A program made the position numbers and the translations under genes. A stretch of 64,000 nucleotides of DNA from Candidatus Margulisiibacteriota bacterium (lineage in GTDB: Bacteria > Margulisbacteria > WOR-1 > JAKLHX01 > JBAZKV01): contig JBAZKV010000002.1 of NCBI GenBank assembly GCA_041650635.1, positions 47,844 to 111,843 of the forward strand, given 5' to 3'. Positions 1 to 10,265 of this stretch are shown in pieces. Position 1 is the first letter of the stretch. The number at the start of each line of letters is the position of its first letter. The notes under the pieces are model-generated. The model had not been told where the DNA came from, searched no databases, and saw only the letters and a program-made list of their open reading frames with translations.

Positions 1-555
1 CGGCACGCCTTTATTTTTCATAACCGCCACCGGTTCTTTTTCAAGTACCATTTTCTCCATTTCGGTATCGGAACTCATCGACCCGGCAGAGATAGCCACA
101 TTATCCCTTTCAAAAGACAGTCTGTCCTTTGCGTATATTTTCTTGTCGTCAAGGGACCAGACAAGCGAAGCTGTCTCGAACCTGGATATCCCTTCATAAC
201 CTAGGGGGGAAAAGACCTCTATGCTTTTCTTTTTCATGTCCCAAAACACCTTTGGCGCTATTATATTGAGAGACGGTTTCCCGTCCTTAAAAAAAATGCC
301 GTGGATGCGGTCCAATTCCGCTTTTTGGGTAGAATTGTTGATATGAGAGGATTCAGCTCTTATTTCCCAAAACTTTACCCCTCCGGCTATTTCGGAAAAA
401 ACCGCCTCCTTCATCGACAGGTCAGACCTCTGTTTTTGGGATTCAAGTTTGTTCGAGATCCTTTTGGCAAGGTCCTTTTCCGGAGTAAATACCGCCCAGA
501 CAAAAACAAGAGAAAGGACTACGGCAAGGGCAATAAGAGAGGTTCTGCTGTTCAT
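1..555 (-). CDS. LptC-like LPS export periplasmic protein (runs off the window at its 3' end)
   Basis: Manual translation from ATG at 555: MNSRTSLIALAVVLSLVFVWAVF...GVKFWEIRAESS...IFFKDGKPSLNIIA...FETASLVWSLDDKKIY. N-terminal TM anchor plus a beta-rich LptC-like pattern. Confidence 0.6.
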   Translation of the reverse strand, partial: MNSRTSLIALAVVLSLVFVWAVFTPEKDLAKRISNKLESQKQRSDLSMKEAVFSEIAGGVKFWEIRAESSHINNSTQKAELDRIHGIFFKDGKPSLNIIAPKVFWDMKKKSIEVFSPLGYEGISRFETASLVWSLDDKKIYAKDRLSFERDNVAISAGSMSSDTEMEKMVLEKEPVAVMKNKGVP

Positions 556-556
556 T

Positions 557-1171
557 TTAGTAGCCGAGGGCTTTTAGCCTCAGCGCTTCCATTGTTTCGG
601 CAAATCCGGCGGCAGGACGGTTGATCTTATAGTATCCCTGTCCCAGTCCCAGATGGAAAGCCGCGACATTTGAATCTATCGAGATGGCTTTTTTCATGTG
701 GTCAATTGCTTCATTCCATTTGTTCTGCTCGGCATAGATTATCGCCATATATCCCCAGGGCCACGGGCTGCCCGGCTGAATAGCGGCAATATTGCGCATT
801 TCCTGGAGGGCATAATCCTGATAGCCGCCAAAATAGTAGGCAAAAGCCAGCCGGAACCTTGTCCGCCAATCGGAAGGGTTCTTGCTGACCATGGGATAGT
901 ATCTTTCAATAAGTTTTCTTGCGTAAGCGGTCTTATTTCCCGCCAGATCGGCCGTCTTTTTAAGCTGGTCCAACCCCTCCTGTATCTTATTGGTGTAGGC
1001 ATAGGTTATAGCAAGGTCAAAATGCGCGTCAGGGGATGCCGGGCTGGCGGACAGGGCCGCCTCCTTTTTGGAGATCTCGCTCCTGAATTCCGGGGTCATG
1101 ACCCAGGCAAACGAAACGGAGCAAAAGATCATAAGCGCTAAGATAACAGCTGCACATTTTCCTGTTTTCAT
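557..1171 (-). CDS. TPR-repeat exported protein
   Basis: Signal peptide and TPR-like helices (AHFDLAITYAY, WGYMAIIYAEQNKWNEAI, FHLGLGQGY). Confidence 0.8.
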   Translation of the reverse strand: MKTGKCAAVILALMIFCSVSFAWVMTPEFRSEISKKEAALSASPASPDAHFDLAITYAYTNKIQEGLDQLKKTADLAGNKTAYARKLIERYYPMVSKNPSDWRTRFRLAFAYYFGGYQDYALQEMRNIAAIQPGSPWPWGYMAIIYAEQNKWNEAIDHMKKAISIDSNVAAFHLGLGQGYYKINRPAAGFAETMEALRLKALGY

Positions 1172-1201
1172 AGGGTATTATTATAACATTAAAGGGCCCA
1201 A

Positions 1202-1798
1202 ATGAAAAAAGTCAGAATAATAAAAGCCTTCACAAAAGCATCGATAAGAACAGCCGCCCGCAAAGCCGCTCAAGAGCTTAAAGCGGGCCACCTTATCATA
1301 TTCCCGACAGATACTGTCTACGGCATCGGGGCTGACCCCGGAAATCCCCAAGCCGTGAGAAGACTGTTCAAGGCCAAACAAAGGCCCCTTTCCAAGCCTT
1401 TTCAATTGCTTGTCGGCAGCCTGCAACAGGCAAAGAAAGCAGCCAAAAAGATCACCAAAGAGGCTGCGGCACTGATGGCTTCCAACTGGCCGGGCCCTCT
1501 GACAATAGTTGTGGAGAAAAATAAGCAGGTGCCTGATACCGTGACTTCCGGACTTAAGACCGTCGGCCTGCGCCTTCCTGACCACCCTGTCGCCCTTGAG
1601 ATAATAAAAGCCTTTAAAGGACCTGTCGCGGCCTCTTCTGCCAACCTTTCAGGCAAAAAACCTCCTAGGACCGCACGGGAAGCCGTCCTACAGATCAAAG
1701 ACAAAGCGTCGCTGGTCATTGATTCGGGAAAAACTTTAAAAGGAGTTCCCTCAAGGATAGTTGATGCAACAGGAAAAAAACTTAAGGTGCTTAGATAA
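1202..1798 (+). CDS. tsaC: L-threonylcarbamoyladenylate synthase (TsaC/Sua5 family)
   Basis: FPTDTVYGIG, KQRP, WPGPLT, SSANLSG motifs. Confidence 0.93.
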   Translation: MKKVRIIKAFTKASIRTAARKAAQELKAGHLIIFPTDTVYGIGADPGNPQAVRRLFKAKQRPLSKPFQLLVGSLQQAKKAAKKITKEAAALMASNWPGPLTIVVEKNKQVPDTVTSGLKTVGLRLPDHPVALEIIKAFKGPVAASSANLSGKKPPRTAREAVLQIKDKASLVIDSGKTLKGVPSRIVDATGKKLKVLR

Positions 1799-1809
1799 TA
1801 GGCCTGCTT

Positions 1810-2511
1810 TTAAGAAAGTATCTTTGAAGCTTCCCGACAAAATTCTTCAAGGTCCGCAGAACACCCAAAAGTCGAAAGATTATGAATAAGATGAATCTCT
1901 GCTTCGCCGTTCGCTCTGAACGACAAAAGGCGGGACTGCAGCCCAAGGGCTTCTTTAAGCAGGGCAAGGGTTTCTATATGCATGATGTCCGAAACCGTGC
2001 CATGCCCCATTCTGAGACGGTATACCGAAAACTCCCCGACTGTCAGAGGCTCCCTGTAAGGCACCTTCATCGGGCCAAAGATCTCCCCCGTATCCTGATA
2101 GTATGCGCCAAGCCCGCTTTCCCATACGGCATGAAGCAGATCGCTGCTTTCATGAGGCTCCTCAGCTCTTAAAAGCTGGGGATAATAGATATAGGACAAA
2201 CCCCGCGGATAAAAACCCATCACATGTTCTCTAAGTAACGGAAGAGAAGCCGGAGACTCATCCCTTACCGCATTAAAGAACCGATAACAGTTCATGAATT
2301 CCGTATGGGAGACCCCCTGGAACCTGAAAAGACCGAACTGCTGGTCAGTTATTTTGATCAGCGCCCCCGAAATGGCGTTCATACACGCTGTCGAAAGATA
2401 GGTCGCTCCGGTGCGTTCGGGGCTGACCCTGAATAATTCGCGGCTTGCCAGTATAGCCGCCTGGGTATTACCGGATTTTATTATATCAAAGACTCCTGAC
2501 GGGCATCTCAT
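1810..2511 (-). CDS. Hypothetical protein
   Basis: 233-aa ORF with AGGAGG SD; preceded by GAAAT-N16-CGACA; no family recognised. Confidence 0.6.
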   Translation of the reverse strand: MRCPSGVFDIIKSGNTQAAILASRELFRVSPERTGATYLSTACMNAISGALIKITDQQFGLFRFQGVSHTEFMNCYRFFNAVRDESPASLPLLREHVMGFYPRGLSYIYYPQLLRAEEPHESSDLLHAVWESGLGAYYQDTGEIFGPMKVPYREPLTVGEFSVYRLRMGHGTVSDIMHIETLALLKEALGLQSRLLSFRANGEAEIHLIHNLSTFGCSADLEEFCREASKILS

Positions 2512-2529
2512 AGAAGCCTCCTTAATACT

Positions 2530-2555
2530 TGTCGGTATTTTTGCGCGTGGATTTC
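2530..2555 (-). promoter_or_regulatory. Putative alternative-sigma promoter GAAAT-N16-CGACA
   Basis: Minus strand GAAAT ccacgcgcaaaaatac CGACA; same motif upstream of other orphan genes. Confidence 0.55.
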
Positions 2556-2568
2556 AGAACGAAAGAGG

Positions 2569-3768
2569 TTAAAAGGTCAGAGCCACCTCATACCACTGGG
2601 TAACGACTACTTTGCCCTGGTCGGGGTCATAGGCGCGCTTGGCATTGGCGATAACCTGCGTAAAGGGATTGACTTTATAGCCCAGTTTTGTGGTTATTAT
2701 GGCGCCTTCTCTAAGGTCAAGGCTTCTTGCATCCACAAAGTTAGGCTGATAGTAACCTGCGGCGGCAAAATACTGACTTCCAAGGTTGGCCGAAGCCTCG
2801 GCCTTAAGGGCACTGTTGCTCCCGTTGTAGCCCTCCAGCACCGCCCAGAATTTGGCGGCGCCAAGAACATCCCCCGTCAGGGAAACCTTATAACCGTCCC
2901 TGCTGATGCCGGCTGCTTCGTAAGAAACAATGTCGACCGGGTTGGTCTCATATTCCTCGTTGTAGTATTCAGGAACAAAGTCGCGGTCCAGATATCTTTT
3001 TTCCGCCTTAAAATTGAGCCTAGCCAGCGCCACATCGTATCCCGCAGAAATACCTGCAGAAAGGCCTCCCCCATGATTGTTAAGCCTGGCATATTCCGCA
3101 AAGAGGATCGAATTCAGGAAAAAAGGAGCCATAGCATCAACTCCCCAGCCTGATTGTGAGGGAAATACCTTCTGGGTCCCGTCCGGCTTTATCTGGTTGA
3201 TACCGTCAGCATCGCAGACAAAATACTGTCCTAAGGTAAGGTAAGGCAGGACCTGCTGCGTTGCCCTCGCGCCGTAAACCCTTGACCAGGTGCCCAGAAC
3301 CTCTATGCCGTAAATGCCCTTCTTATAATATGCCCTTAAGCCAGCCTGCTGGTCCGAAGGTATCAGCCCTCCCTTTAAGACCGTTGTATAATTGCTCATC
3401 AAAAGACCTGCCCCGTAGGTAACATTGCTGAGCAGCCCGTACCTTGCGCCCCAGTCCGGGGTCGCATATTCCAGGTATCTCACCACCATACTGTCTATCC
3501 CGACTTTATCTCCGTTGTACAAAGGCACATTGATATCAAAGCCCAAACCCAGTGCGCCGTATTTGAAATCCGGGTTCCATCTGAACACCGGGGCCGAAAC
3601 CCCTCCGTTGTTCACGATGCCAAAGCCGCCGGCATTGGCAAATGTTCCCGCCATCAGCGGCCTGGTTGAAAGGGGATCGACAGAAACAGAGAACAGATTG
3701 ACCGGATCGGCCGCTTGCGCTGCTTGAATTAACCCCGCCAACAGAATAACGGCCAGCAGTTTTTTCAT
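2569..3768 (-). CDS. Putative outer-membrane beta-barrel protein
   Basis: Start reassigned to MKKLLAVILL (signal peptide, purine-rich SD); amphipathic strands; C-terminal YEVALTF resembles a BAM signal. Confidence 0.65.
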   Translation of the reverse strand: MKKLLAVILLAGLIQAAQAADPVNLFSVSVDPLSTRPLMAGTFANAGGFGIVNNGGVSAPVFRWNPDFKYGALGLGFDINVPLYNGDKVGIDSMVVRYLEYATPDWGARYGLLSNVTYGAGLLMSNYTTVLKGGLIPSDQQAGLRAYYKKGIYGIEVLGTWSRVYGARATQQVLPYLTLGQYFVCDADGINQIKPDGTQKVFPSQSGWGVDAMAPFFLNSILFAEYARLNNHGGGLSAGISAGYDVALARLNFKAEKRYLDRDFVPEYYNEEYETNPVDIVSYEAAGISRDGYKVSLTGDVLGAAKFWAVLEGYNGSNSALKAEASANLGSQYFAAAGYYQPNFVDARSLDLREGAIITTKLGYKVNPFTQVIANAKRAYDPDQGKVVVTQWYEVALTF

Positions 3769-3793
3769 CTTCCCCTCTCCTCTTTTCAATTTC

Positions 3794-3842
3794 TCATTGG
3801 AAATTGGTAATTGGTCATTGGAAATTGGCAATTGGAAATTGG
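3794..3842. repeat. Tandem heptamer repeat (NNATTGG)x7
   Basis: tcattgg aaattgg taattgg tcattgg aaattgg caattgg aaattgg. Confidence 0.9.
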
Positions 3843-3855
3843 ACATTTCCCCGCA

Positions 3856-5400
3856 TCAGTGTCTAAAATGCCTTCTCCCCGTGAACAGCATGACCATCCT
3901 GTTCTTATCCGCCGCTTTGATGACCTCTTCGTCCCTTATAGAGCCTCCGGGCTGTATTATAGCCGATATCCTGTGTTTTTTGGCAAGTTCCACCGAATCA
4001 GCGAACGGGAAATAGCCGTCCGATGCCATAACAGCCCCGGAGCAGGAGCTTCCCGCCATTTCCAGCGCTATCTTTGCGGACCCCACCCGGTTGGGCTGCC
4101 CTGCTCCTATCCCCAAGGTGGCGCCGTTCTTGGCAAGGACTATAGCATTGGATTTTACGAACTTGCAGATGCCCCAGGCAAAGAAAAGATCCTCGATCTC
4201 CTTCAGAGAGGGCTGCTTTTTGGTTACCGTCCTGATGTCGGATATTGTAAGCTCTGCCCTGTCGGCTTCCTGGACAAGGAAACCTCCCGCCACTTTTTTA
4301 AAGTCGCATCTTGTGCTGCGGTTAAAATCCGCCGGGCATTTTATCAGGCGCAGGTTCTTTTTTTCGCAAAGCACAGAGAGGGCACCTTTTGAGAACTCCG
4401 GGGCTATGATGACTTCCGCAAAAAGCTTGAACATTTCGCGCGCGGCACCTTCGTCAACTTCCCTGTTGCAGGCGATTATCCCCCCATAAGCGGATACGGG
4501 ATCGCATTTGAGCGCTTTTTGATAAGCGTCCCTGACCGATCTTGAAGTGGCCACTCCGCAGGGATTATTGTGTTTTACGATGGCGACCGTCAGGTCGGCA
4601 AAGTAATTGACGATGCCGTAGGCTGCTTCCATGTCCAGGATATTATTGAACGACAGTTCTTTGCCGTGGAGCTTACGGATGTCAACGAGGCCCCTGCCCT
4701 CTGACCTATAAAAAGCCGCCGGCTGATGAGGATTTTCTCCATAGCGCAGGTCCATTTCTTTTTCCAGTTTCAACATCATTTCCTTTGGAAAGGATTCGGT
4801 ATCCTTGACCGGCGACAGATAGGCGCTGATGGCCTCGTCATATCTGCCGGTCAAAAGGAACGCCTCCCTCTGCAGTTCGATATTGGTAGCCAGGCTGATC
4901 ACGGAAGAATTGGAACCTAGCTCTTTAAGGATCCTGTCGTACTGGTCGGGGCTGGTGACAACGGAAACATGCCTGTAATTTTTTGAGGCCGCCCTTATCA
5001 TGGCGGGACCTCCGATGTCGATGTTCTCTATGGCCTCTTCGTGGGTGAATTTTTTCCTGGCCACCACTTTTTCAAATGGATAGAGATTGATAACAACCAT
5101 GTCTATCTGAGGAATGCCGTATTTCGAGAGCATCTTCATGTGAGAGGGATCGTCCCTTAAAGCAAGAAGCCCGCCGTGGATCTTTGGATGAAGCGTCTTT
5201 ACCCTTCCGTCCATCATTTCCGGGAATTTGGTTATTTTGCTGACCTCAATAACTTTGACGCCTGCTTTTTTGAGCTCCCTAAAGGTTCCCCCGCTGGCTA
5301 TTATTTTGAACCCGTGTTTTTCAAGCCCCTTGGCAAACGGCTTGATCCCCTTTTTGTCGAACACGCTTATCAACGCGTACCTGGCCTGCTTTTTCTTCAT
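3856..5400 (-). CDS. purH: Bifunctional AICAR transformylase/IMP cyclohydrolase
   Basis: ALISVFDK, GRVKTLHP, IDIGGP, RYGENPHQ, KHNNPCG, GRRHFRH. Confidence 0.97.
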   Translation of the reverse strand: MKKKQARYALISVFDKKGIKPFAKGLEKHGFKIIASGGTFRELKKAGVKVIEVSKITKFPEMMDGRVKTLHPKIHGGLLALRDDPSHMKMLSKYGIPQIDMVVINLYPFEKVVARKKFTHEEAIENIDIGGPAMIRAASKNYRHVSVVTSPDQYDRILKELGSNSSVISLATNIELQREAFLLTGRYDEAISAYLSPVKDTESFPKEMMLKLEKEMDLRYGENPHQPAAFYRSEGRGLVDIRKLHGKELSFNNILDMEAAYGIVNYFADLTVAIVKHNNPCGVATSRSVRDAYQKALKCDPVSAYGGIIACNREVDEGAAREMFKLFAEVIIAPEFSKGALSVLCEKKNLRLIKCPADFNRSTRCDFKKVAGGFLVQEADRAELTISDIRTVTKKQPSLKEIEDLFFAWGICKFVKSNAIVLAKNGATLGIGAGQPNRVGSAKIALEMAGSSCSGAVMASDGYFPFADSVELAKKHRISAIIQPGGSIRDEEVIKAADKNRMVMLFTGRRHFRH

Positions 5401-6008
5401 TCCTTTATTATCACCTTTCTGTCTTTGATGTTGACCCTGCCTTCCGATATCAATTGTATCGCCTTTGGATACAGTTTGTGCTCTTCTGTAAGTATCCTGG
5501 CGGACAGAGAAGCTTCTGTATCACCGGGCAGCACCGGCACGGTCTTTTGAAGGATTATCGGCCCCGTATCGCAGCCCTCATCGACAAAGTGGACCGTACA
5601 GCCGGACTCTTTTACTCTTGCCTCGATCGCCTGCCTCTGCGCATGAAGTCCCGAAAACGACGGAAGCAGCGCGGGGTGGATGTTTATGATCTTCCATTTG
5701 TATTTTTTTATTATCTCCTGCCCCACTATCCTCATATAGCCGGCAAGGCAGATAAGACCCGGGCTATAGGAATCTATTGTCTTAAGCAGCTGCGCTTCGT
5801 AGGCTTTTTTATCGGAATAATCCTTGTGGTTTACTACCACAGCCGGTATGCCGTGCTTTTTTGCCCTTTCAAGGCCCTGCACCCCCGGCACATTCGAGAT
5901 GACCGCCTTTATCTGTGCCGAAACCTGTCCGCTTTTTACGGCATCAATTATTGCCTGAAGATTTGATCCCCGTCCGGAGATGAGGATGACCAGATCTATT
6001 TTTCTCAC
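5397..6008 (-). CDS. purN: Phosphoribosylglycinamide formyltransferase
   Basis: ISGRGSNLQA, LAGYMRI, NIHPALLP, SGCTVHFV, DTGPII. Confidence 0.97.
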   Translation of the reverse strand: MRKIDLVILISGRGSNLQAIIDAVKSGQVSAQIKAVISNVPGVQGLERAKKHGIPAVVVNHKDYSDKKAYEAQLLKTIDSYSPGLICLAGYMRIVGQEIIKKYKWKIINIHPALLPSFSGLHAQRQAIEARVKESGCTVHFVDEGCDTGPIILQKTVPVLPGDTEASLSARILTEEHKLYPKAIQLISEGRVNIKDRKVIIKE

Positions 6009-6030
6009 CGCATTTGAATTATAGCATACC

Positions 6031-6056
6031 GAAATCAGCCTCCAGATCTTACGATA
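6031..6056 (+). promoter_or_regulatory. Putative alternative-sigma promoter GAAAT-N16-CGATA
   Basis: GAAAT cagcctccagatctta CGATA upstream of the 6102 ORF. Confidence 0.55.
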
Positions 6057-6101
6057 TATAGGTAAGAGGGGTAAGAGGACGGCAGAGAAAGGAGAGAGAA
6101 G

Positions 6102-6719
6102 ATGGCAGAAGTATCAAGAGCTCAATTGGACAGACAGATGGCGGCTGCAAGAGCACAGGGACAAAGGAACAACACCATAACAAGAAGATGGGAAACAGCC
6201 TGTCAGGTTGTTAGGTTCATCGCAATGATCCCTCTTTTGCCGCTTACTTTGACAGGTTGCGCAGGGGCTGGGCCTGCATCAGGAACCGCGCCGGCACCGC
6301 AATCGAGGCTTGCCATAGACCAGAGCGGCAATGTTCATGTTTTTGTCGGGAACAAGGAAAGGACCCTTTATAAGGAGCCAGGTCAAGTACCCACAGAGCC
6401 AAAAACAATAGTGCTTTTAAGCGAGTCTACCCAGGCCGAAGTGCTTACTCTTTATGTAAACTCCAACGGCCTGCTCAAAATGCATAGAACATATACGCAA
6501 AGCTGCGGAAGCGGGACAGATCACAAAATGAAAGTGTCCGAGTACAGGACAGGAAATGCCATACCCCCCGATGCAAAGATCCTGAAAGACGTTAAACAGG
6601 TGACCGGCTGGCACTACAAAGTCGCAGTTGATGCCCAGGGCATCATTTATTCTTATATAGTAAATGACATCACCGGCCAGAGCCCTATAGCTCAAGGCGG
6701 AGGAACAATAATCTACTAG
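6102..6719 (+). CDS. Hypothetical protein with internal hydrophobic/lipobox-like segment (LTLTGC)
   Basis: 205-aa ORF, AAGGAG SD, followed by a terminator. Confidence 0.65.
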   Translation: MAEVSRAQLDRQMAAARAQGQRNNTITRRWETACQVVRFIAMIPLLPLTLTGCAGAGPASGTAPAPQSRLAIDQSGNVHVFVGNKERTLYKEPGQVPTEPKTIVLLSESTQAEVLTLYVNSNGLLKMHRTYTQSCGSGTDHKMKVSEYRTGNAIPPDAKILKDVKQVTGWHYKVAVDAQGIIYSYIVNDITGQSPIAQGGGTIIY

Positions 6720-6734
6720 TGATCTCACGCTAAT

Positions 6735-6766
6735 AAGAAGGGCATCCTTATCAGATGCCCTTTTTG
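6735..6766 (+). terminator. Intrinsic terminator
   Basis: aagggcatc-cttatca-gatgccctt then a T tract. Confidence 0.8.
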
Positions 6767-6801
6767 TTGCACCCGGACGCTCCAAATGTTATTATTTCTT
6801 T

Positions 6802-7845
6802 ATGAACTACAAAGGTCTCATCGACAAATACAGGCATCATCTTCCCGTCACGGACAAAACGCCGGTTATTTCTTTTTTTGAAGGCAACACTCCCCTGCTT
6901 TACGCGAAAAGACTCAGTGAAAAAACCGGGCTCAAAGTTTATTTAAAGTACGAGGGCGCAAACCCCACAGGGTCTTTTAAGGACCGCGGAATGACGATGG
7001 CGGTAAGCAAAGCCCTGGAAAAGGGTTTTAAGGCGGTTGCCTGCGCCTCAACAGGGAACACTTCGGCATCCGCGGCCGCCTACAGCGCAAAAGCCGGGCT
7101 GGACTGTATCGTGGTAATCCCTGGAGGAAAGATAGCGCTGGGCAAACTTGCTCAGGCCCTGATGCACGGGGCAAAGGTCTTTGCCATTGACGGCAATTTT
7201 GACAGAGCTCTAGAAGTGATCAGGGAGCTGTGCTCAAACTACCCGATTGAATTGGTCAACTCTATCAACCCTTACAGGATAGAAGGGCAAAAGACGGCCG
7301 CTTTTGAGATCTGCGATTTTCTCGGCTCTGCACCAGACTATCAGTGCATGCCGGTCGGGAACGCCGGCAACATCACCGCCTACTGGAAAGGCTATAAGGA
7401 ATACAGGGATAGAGGAAAAATAAAGGCTCTGCCAAAGATGCTTGGATTTCAGGCGGAGGGATCTGCCCCGATAGTGCTGGGACATCCGGTGGAAAAACCC
7501 GAGACCGTGGCCACCGCGATCAGGATCGGCAATCCTGCCAGTTGGGACAGCGCGGTTAATGCGGCAAAAGAATCCGAAGGTTCTATCAGAATAGTGACCG
7601 ATGAAGAGATACTGGATGCTTATAAACTTGTGGCATCGACCGAGGGAGTTTTTTGTGAGCCGGCTTCTGCCGCCTCCATAGCAGGTCTTTTGCGGTACGG
7701 CAAAGATATCCCGAAAGGCGCAACAGTTGCCTGTATACTTACCGGGCACGGTTTGAAAGACCCCGATAACGCTGTTAAAAAGGGCAGCGCCCTCATAAAA
7801 GCGCCTGCCAGCGCCAAAGAGATCGCAAAACTGCTGGGATACTGA
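6802..7845 (+). CDS. thrC: Threonine synthase
   Basis: [44 protein letters not shown]. Confidence 0.96.
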   Translation: MNYKGLIDKYRHHLPVTDKTPVISFFEGNTPLLYAKRLSEKTGLKVYLKYEGANPTGSFKDRGMTMAVSKALEKGFKAVACASTGNTSASAAAYSAKAGLDCIVVIPGGKIALGKLAQALMHGAKVFAIDGNFDRALEVIRELCSNYPIELVNSINPYRIEGQKTAAFEICDFLGSAPDYQCMPVGNAGNITAYWKGYKEYRDRGKIKALPKMLGFQAEGSAPIVLGHPVEKPETVATAIRIGNPASWDSAVNAAKESEGSIRIVTDEEILDAYKLVASTEGVFCEPASAASIAGLLRYGKDIPKGATVACILTGHGLKDPDNAVKKGSALIKAPASAKEIAKLLGY

Positions 7846-8993
7846 TGCCTGTTGTTTCTATAGTACGCTGCAATTCCTATATAGAAGCAGAGATCGAAAG
7901 GTCCGTAAAAGAAGCCGTTGACCTTATAGGGGGCATCTCTTCCTTTGTCAGGCCCGGCCAAAAAGTGCTCCTTAAGGTTAATGCGCTGATGGCAAGCGCG
8001 CCCGAAACCGCCTGCCCCACCCACCCCGCCGTGGTAAGTGCCGCGGCAAAATTCGTTCTGGACCTCGGAGCCGTACCCGTGATCGGCGACAGCCCGGGAG
8101 GATCAAAGACCGTTTTTGGTCATGTTTTCGAAACCTGCGGCTACAATAAAGTTGCTAAGGACCTCAATATAAAGACCCAGGACCTGAAAAAACTGCCCGT
8201 TAAGCAGGTCAATATTAAGCTCAGGAAGAAAACGATCAGCGTTCCGGTGGCAGACCTTTACGGAAGTTTTGACTCGGTCATCAATCTGCCCAAGTTCAAA
8301 ACTCATATCCTGACCGTTACTACCGGAGCCGTAAAGAACATGTTCGGCTCGGTGCCCGGCTTCTACAAATCAAGGCTGCACTTTATCGCGCCCGGGATCG
8401 ATGATTTTTCTTCCGTACTGCTGGAAGTATATAGGAACTCTCTGCCCTCCCTGACCATAATGGACGCGGTAGAATCCATGGAGGGCAACGGCCCCTCCGG
8501 GGGAAGAGCAGTAAAGACGGGAACCGTCTTTGCCTCTGACAGCGGCCTTGCGCTTGACATCGTATCTGCCCGCTGTGCGGGCTTCGAGCCTGCTGAACTT
8601 CCGGTGCTTGAGGCCGCAAAAAGAGCCGGTCTTGACACTGAGATCTCCGGTATCAGGACCGTCGGGATACAAATTACAAAAGGTCTCTTTGGCAGGTTCA
8701 AAAAGCCCGTCAGTGTTTACAGGCTTACAAAAAGGGTCCCTGCCGTGCTGATAGACGGGTTCGGCTTTATACTTAGGAGCATCAAGAACCTGCCGCAGAT
8801 CGATAAAAAGAAGTGTATCGCCTGCCAGACCTGCGCCGTCAGCTGTCCGGCCGGATGCATCACTATTGTAAAAGACGCCAGATATGATATAAACTATAAC
8901 AAATGCGTGGCGTGCTTCTGCTGCCACGAACTGTGTCCGGAAAAGGCCGTCAAGATAAAAAAGAGCCTGCTGGCCCGCGTTTTGTCGTTATGA
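7845..8993 (+). CDS. DUF362 family Fe-S protein with C-terminal 2x[4Fe-4S] domain
   Basis: VLLKVN, THP, NLPKFKTH, GAVKNMFG, MEGNGP; two CxxCxxCxxxCP motifs. Confidence 0.88.
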   Translation: MPVVSIVRCNSYIEAEIERSVKEAVDLIGGISSFVRPGQKVLLKVNALMASAPETACPTHPAVVSAAAKFVLDLGAVPVIGDSPGGSKTVFGHVFETCGYNKVAKDLNIKTQDLKKLPVKQVNIKLRKKTISVPVADLYGSFDSVINLPKFKTHILTVTTGAVKNMFGSVPGFYKSRLHFIAPGIDDFSSVLLEVYRNSLPSLTIMDAVESMEGNGPSGGRAVKTGTVFASDSGLALDIVSARCAGFEPAELPVLEAAKRAGLDTEISGIRTVGIQITKGLFGRFKKPVSVYRLTKRVPAVLIDGFGFILRSIKNLPQIDKKKCIACQTCAVSCPAGCITIVKDARYDINYNKCVACFCCHELCPEKAVKIKKSLLARVLSL

Positions 8994-10255
8994 ACCAGGA
9001 AAAGCTAGACATAGTTATAACGTCCAACAGCCCGGGGGAGTTATACTCCTTTGTTCGGCCCTGCGTAAAAAGCATCAAAGCACTGCTTCCCTCAGCCAGG
9101 ATAATCCTTGTCATAATGCCCTGTCAGTATGCCAGCGGCAGGGAAATAGAGGTGGCAAGAAGTTTTGAGGGAGTCTACGAGATCATTTTCCCTGAAGAGT
9201 TCAGGGCTTGGATGTTCAAGAACAAGCCCCCCAAAGGCATTACTTTTGCACAAAAAGGAGTACTGTTATATCTGGGAGGGGATCTGTTCCAGGCGGGACT
9301 GCTTGCAAAAAGACTCGGCTACAGGGCCGCTGCCTACATCAACGACAGGTTCGGCTGGAACAAGCTCTTTTCCAGATTTTTTGTCGCCGATGACAGGATG
9401 GCTGCAAAAGCCGCAAGAAAAAGGATATCAAAAAGCAAAGTAAGAGTGGTCGGAGATCTGATGGCGGACGGGCAAAGAGAAGAGGTCTCAAAAGAAAAAT
9501 GGGGGCTTGATCCAAACAGGCCGGTCGTAACTTTTATGCCGGGCAGCCGGAGCGCGCACGCAAAGCATATGGCGCCGTTCTTTGTAAGGACGGCGGAATT
9601 GATGAAAGAAAAATGCGAAGCGCAGTTCGTCCTGGGACTATCCCCCTATATCAACCTTGCCTCTCTGGAAAAACACCTTAAGACAGTACCTGACAGCATG
9701 ATAAAAGAAGGTCTGGGCTCTTCAGCCAGGCTCTCAGTCGAGAACGGTCAAAACTACCTCATTTCTCAAGCCGGGTCCAGGCTGCTGATAATGGACCGGG
9801 CCCCTTATGAGGCTATGGGAGTTAGCGATCTTATCCTGACCATTCCGGGGACCAACACAGCGGAGGCCGCCTCGATGGGCAGGCCTATGCTGGTACTGCT
9901 TCCGCTTAACAAAACCGAGGTGTTGATCTTTGACGGCCTGGTCGGAATTGCCGGGAACCTGCCTTTCGTAGGAGGAGGAATAAAAAAACTGACCGCCTAT
10001 GTGCTCAACAGGCTTGTCAAATACACCGCCCTGCCAAATATCAAGGCGGGGAGTTTTGTGGTGCCGGAATTAAGGGGCAGATTGACCCCCGCACAAACAG
10101 CCGATAAAGCGCTCGGACTGCTTCAAGACAAAGCGCTTCTGGAGAGGACCTCAACAGCGCTGAGGGCCGTCATGGGAAAACCGGGGGCTTCAAAAAGAAT
10201 AGCCGAGGAAGTCTCCCATATGCTGAATATGTCCGGCGGTCCAAATTTGTTATAA
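8990..10255 (+). CDS. Lipid-A-disaccharide synthase-like glycosyltransferase
   Basis: Start at MNQEK overlapping the upstream stop; SNSPGE, MPGSR, PGTNTAE, ALPNIKA...VVPEL. Confidence 0.75.
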   Translation: MNQEKLDIVITSNSPGELYSFVRPCVKSIKALLPSARIILVIMPCQYASGREIEVARSFEGVYEIIFPEEFRAWMFKNKPPKGITFAQKGVLLYLGGDLFQAGLLAKRLGYRAAAYINDRFGWNKLFSRFFVADDRMAAKAARKRISKSKVRVVGDLMADGQREEVSKEKWGLDPNRPVVTFMPGSRSAHAKHMAPFFVRTAELMKEKCEAQFVLGLSPYINLASLEKHLKTVPDSMIKEGLGSSARLSVENGQNYLISQAGSRLLIMDRAPYEAMGVSDLILTIPGTNTAEAASMGRPMLVLLPLNKTEVLIFDGLVGIAGNLPFVGGGIKKLTAYVLNRLVKYTALPNIKAGSFVVPELRGRLTPAQTADKALGLLQDKALLERTSTALRAVMGKPGASKRIAEEVSHMLNMSGGPNLL

Positions 10256-10265
10256 TGATACGCAT

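Noticed and set aside
3769-3846. N-terminal extensions given by the ORF track (OMP; also tig, ahcY, ECF-S and the 35134 ORF)
   Set aside because: They translate repeats, tRNAs or neighbouring genes; better starts with SD sequences lie downstream.
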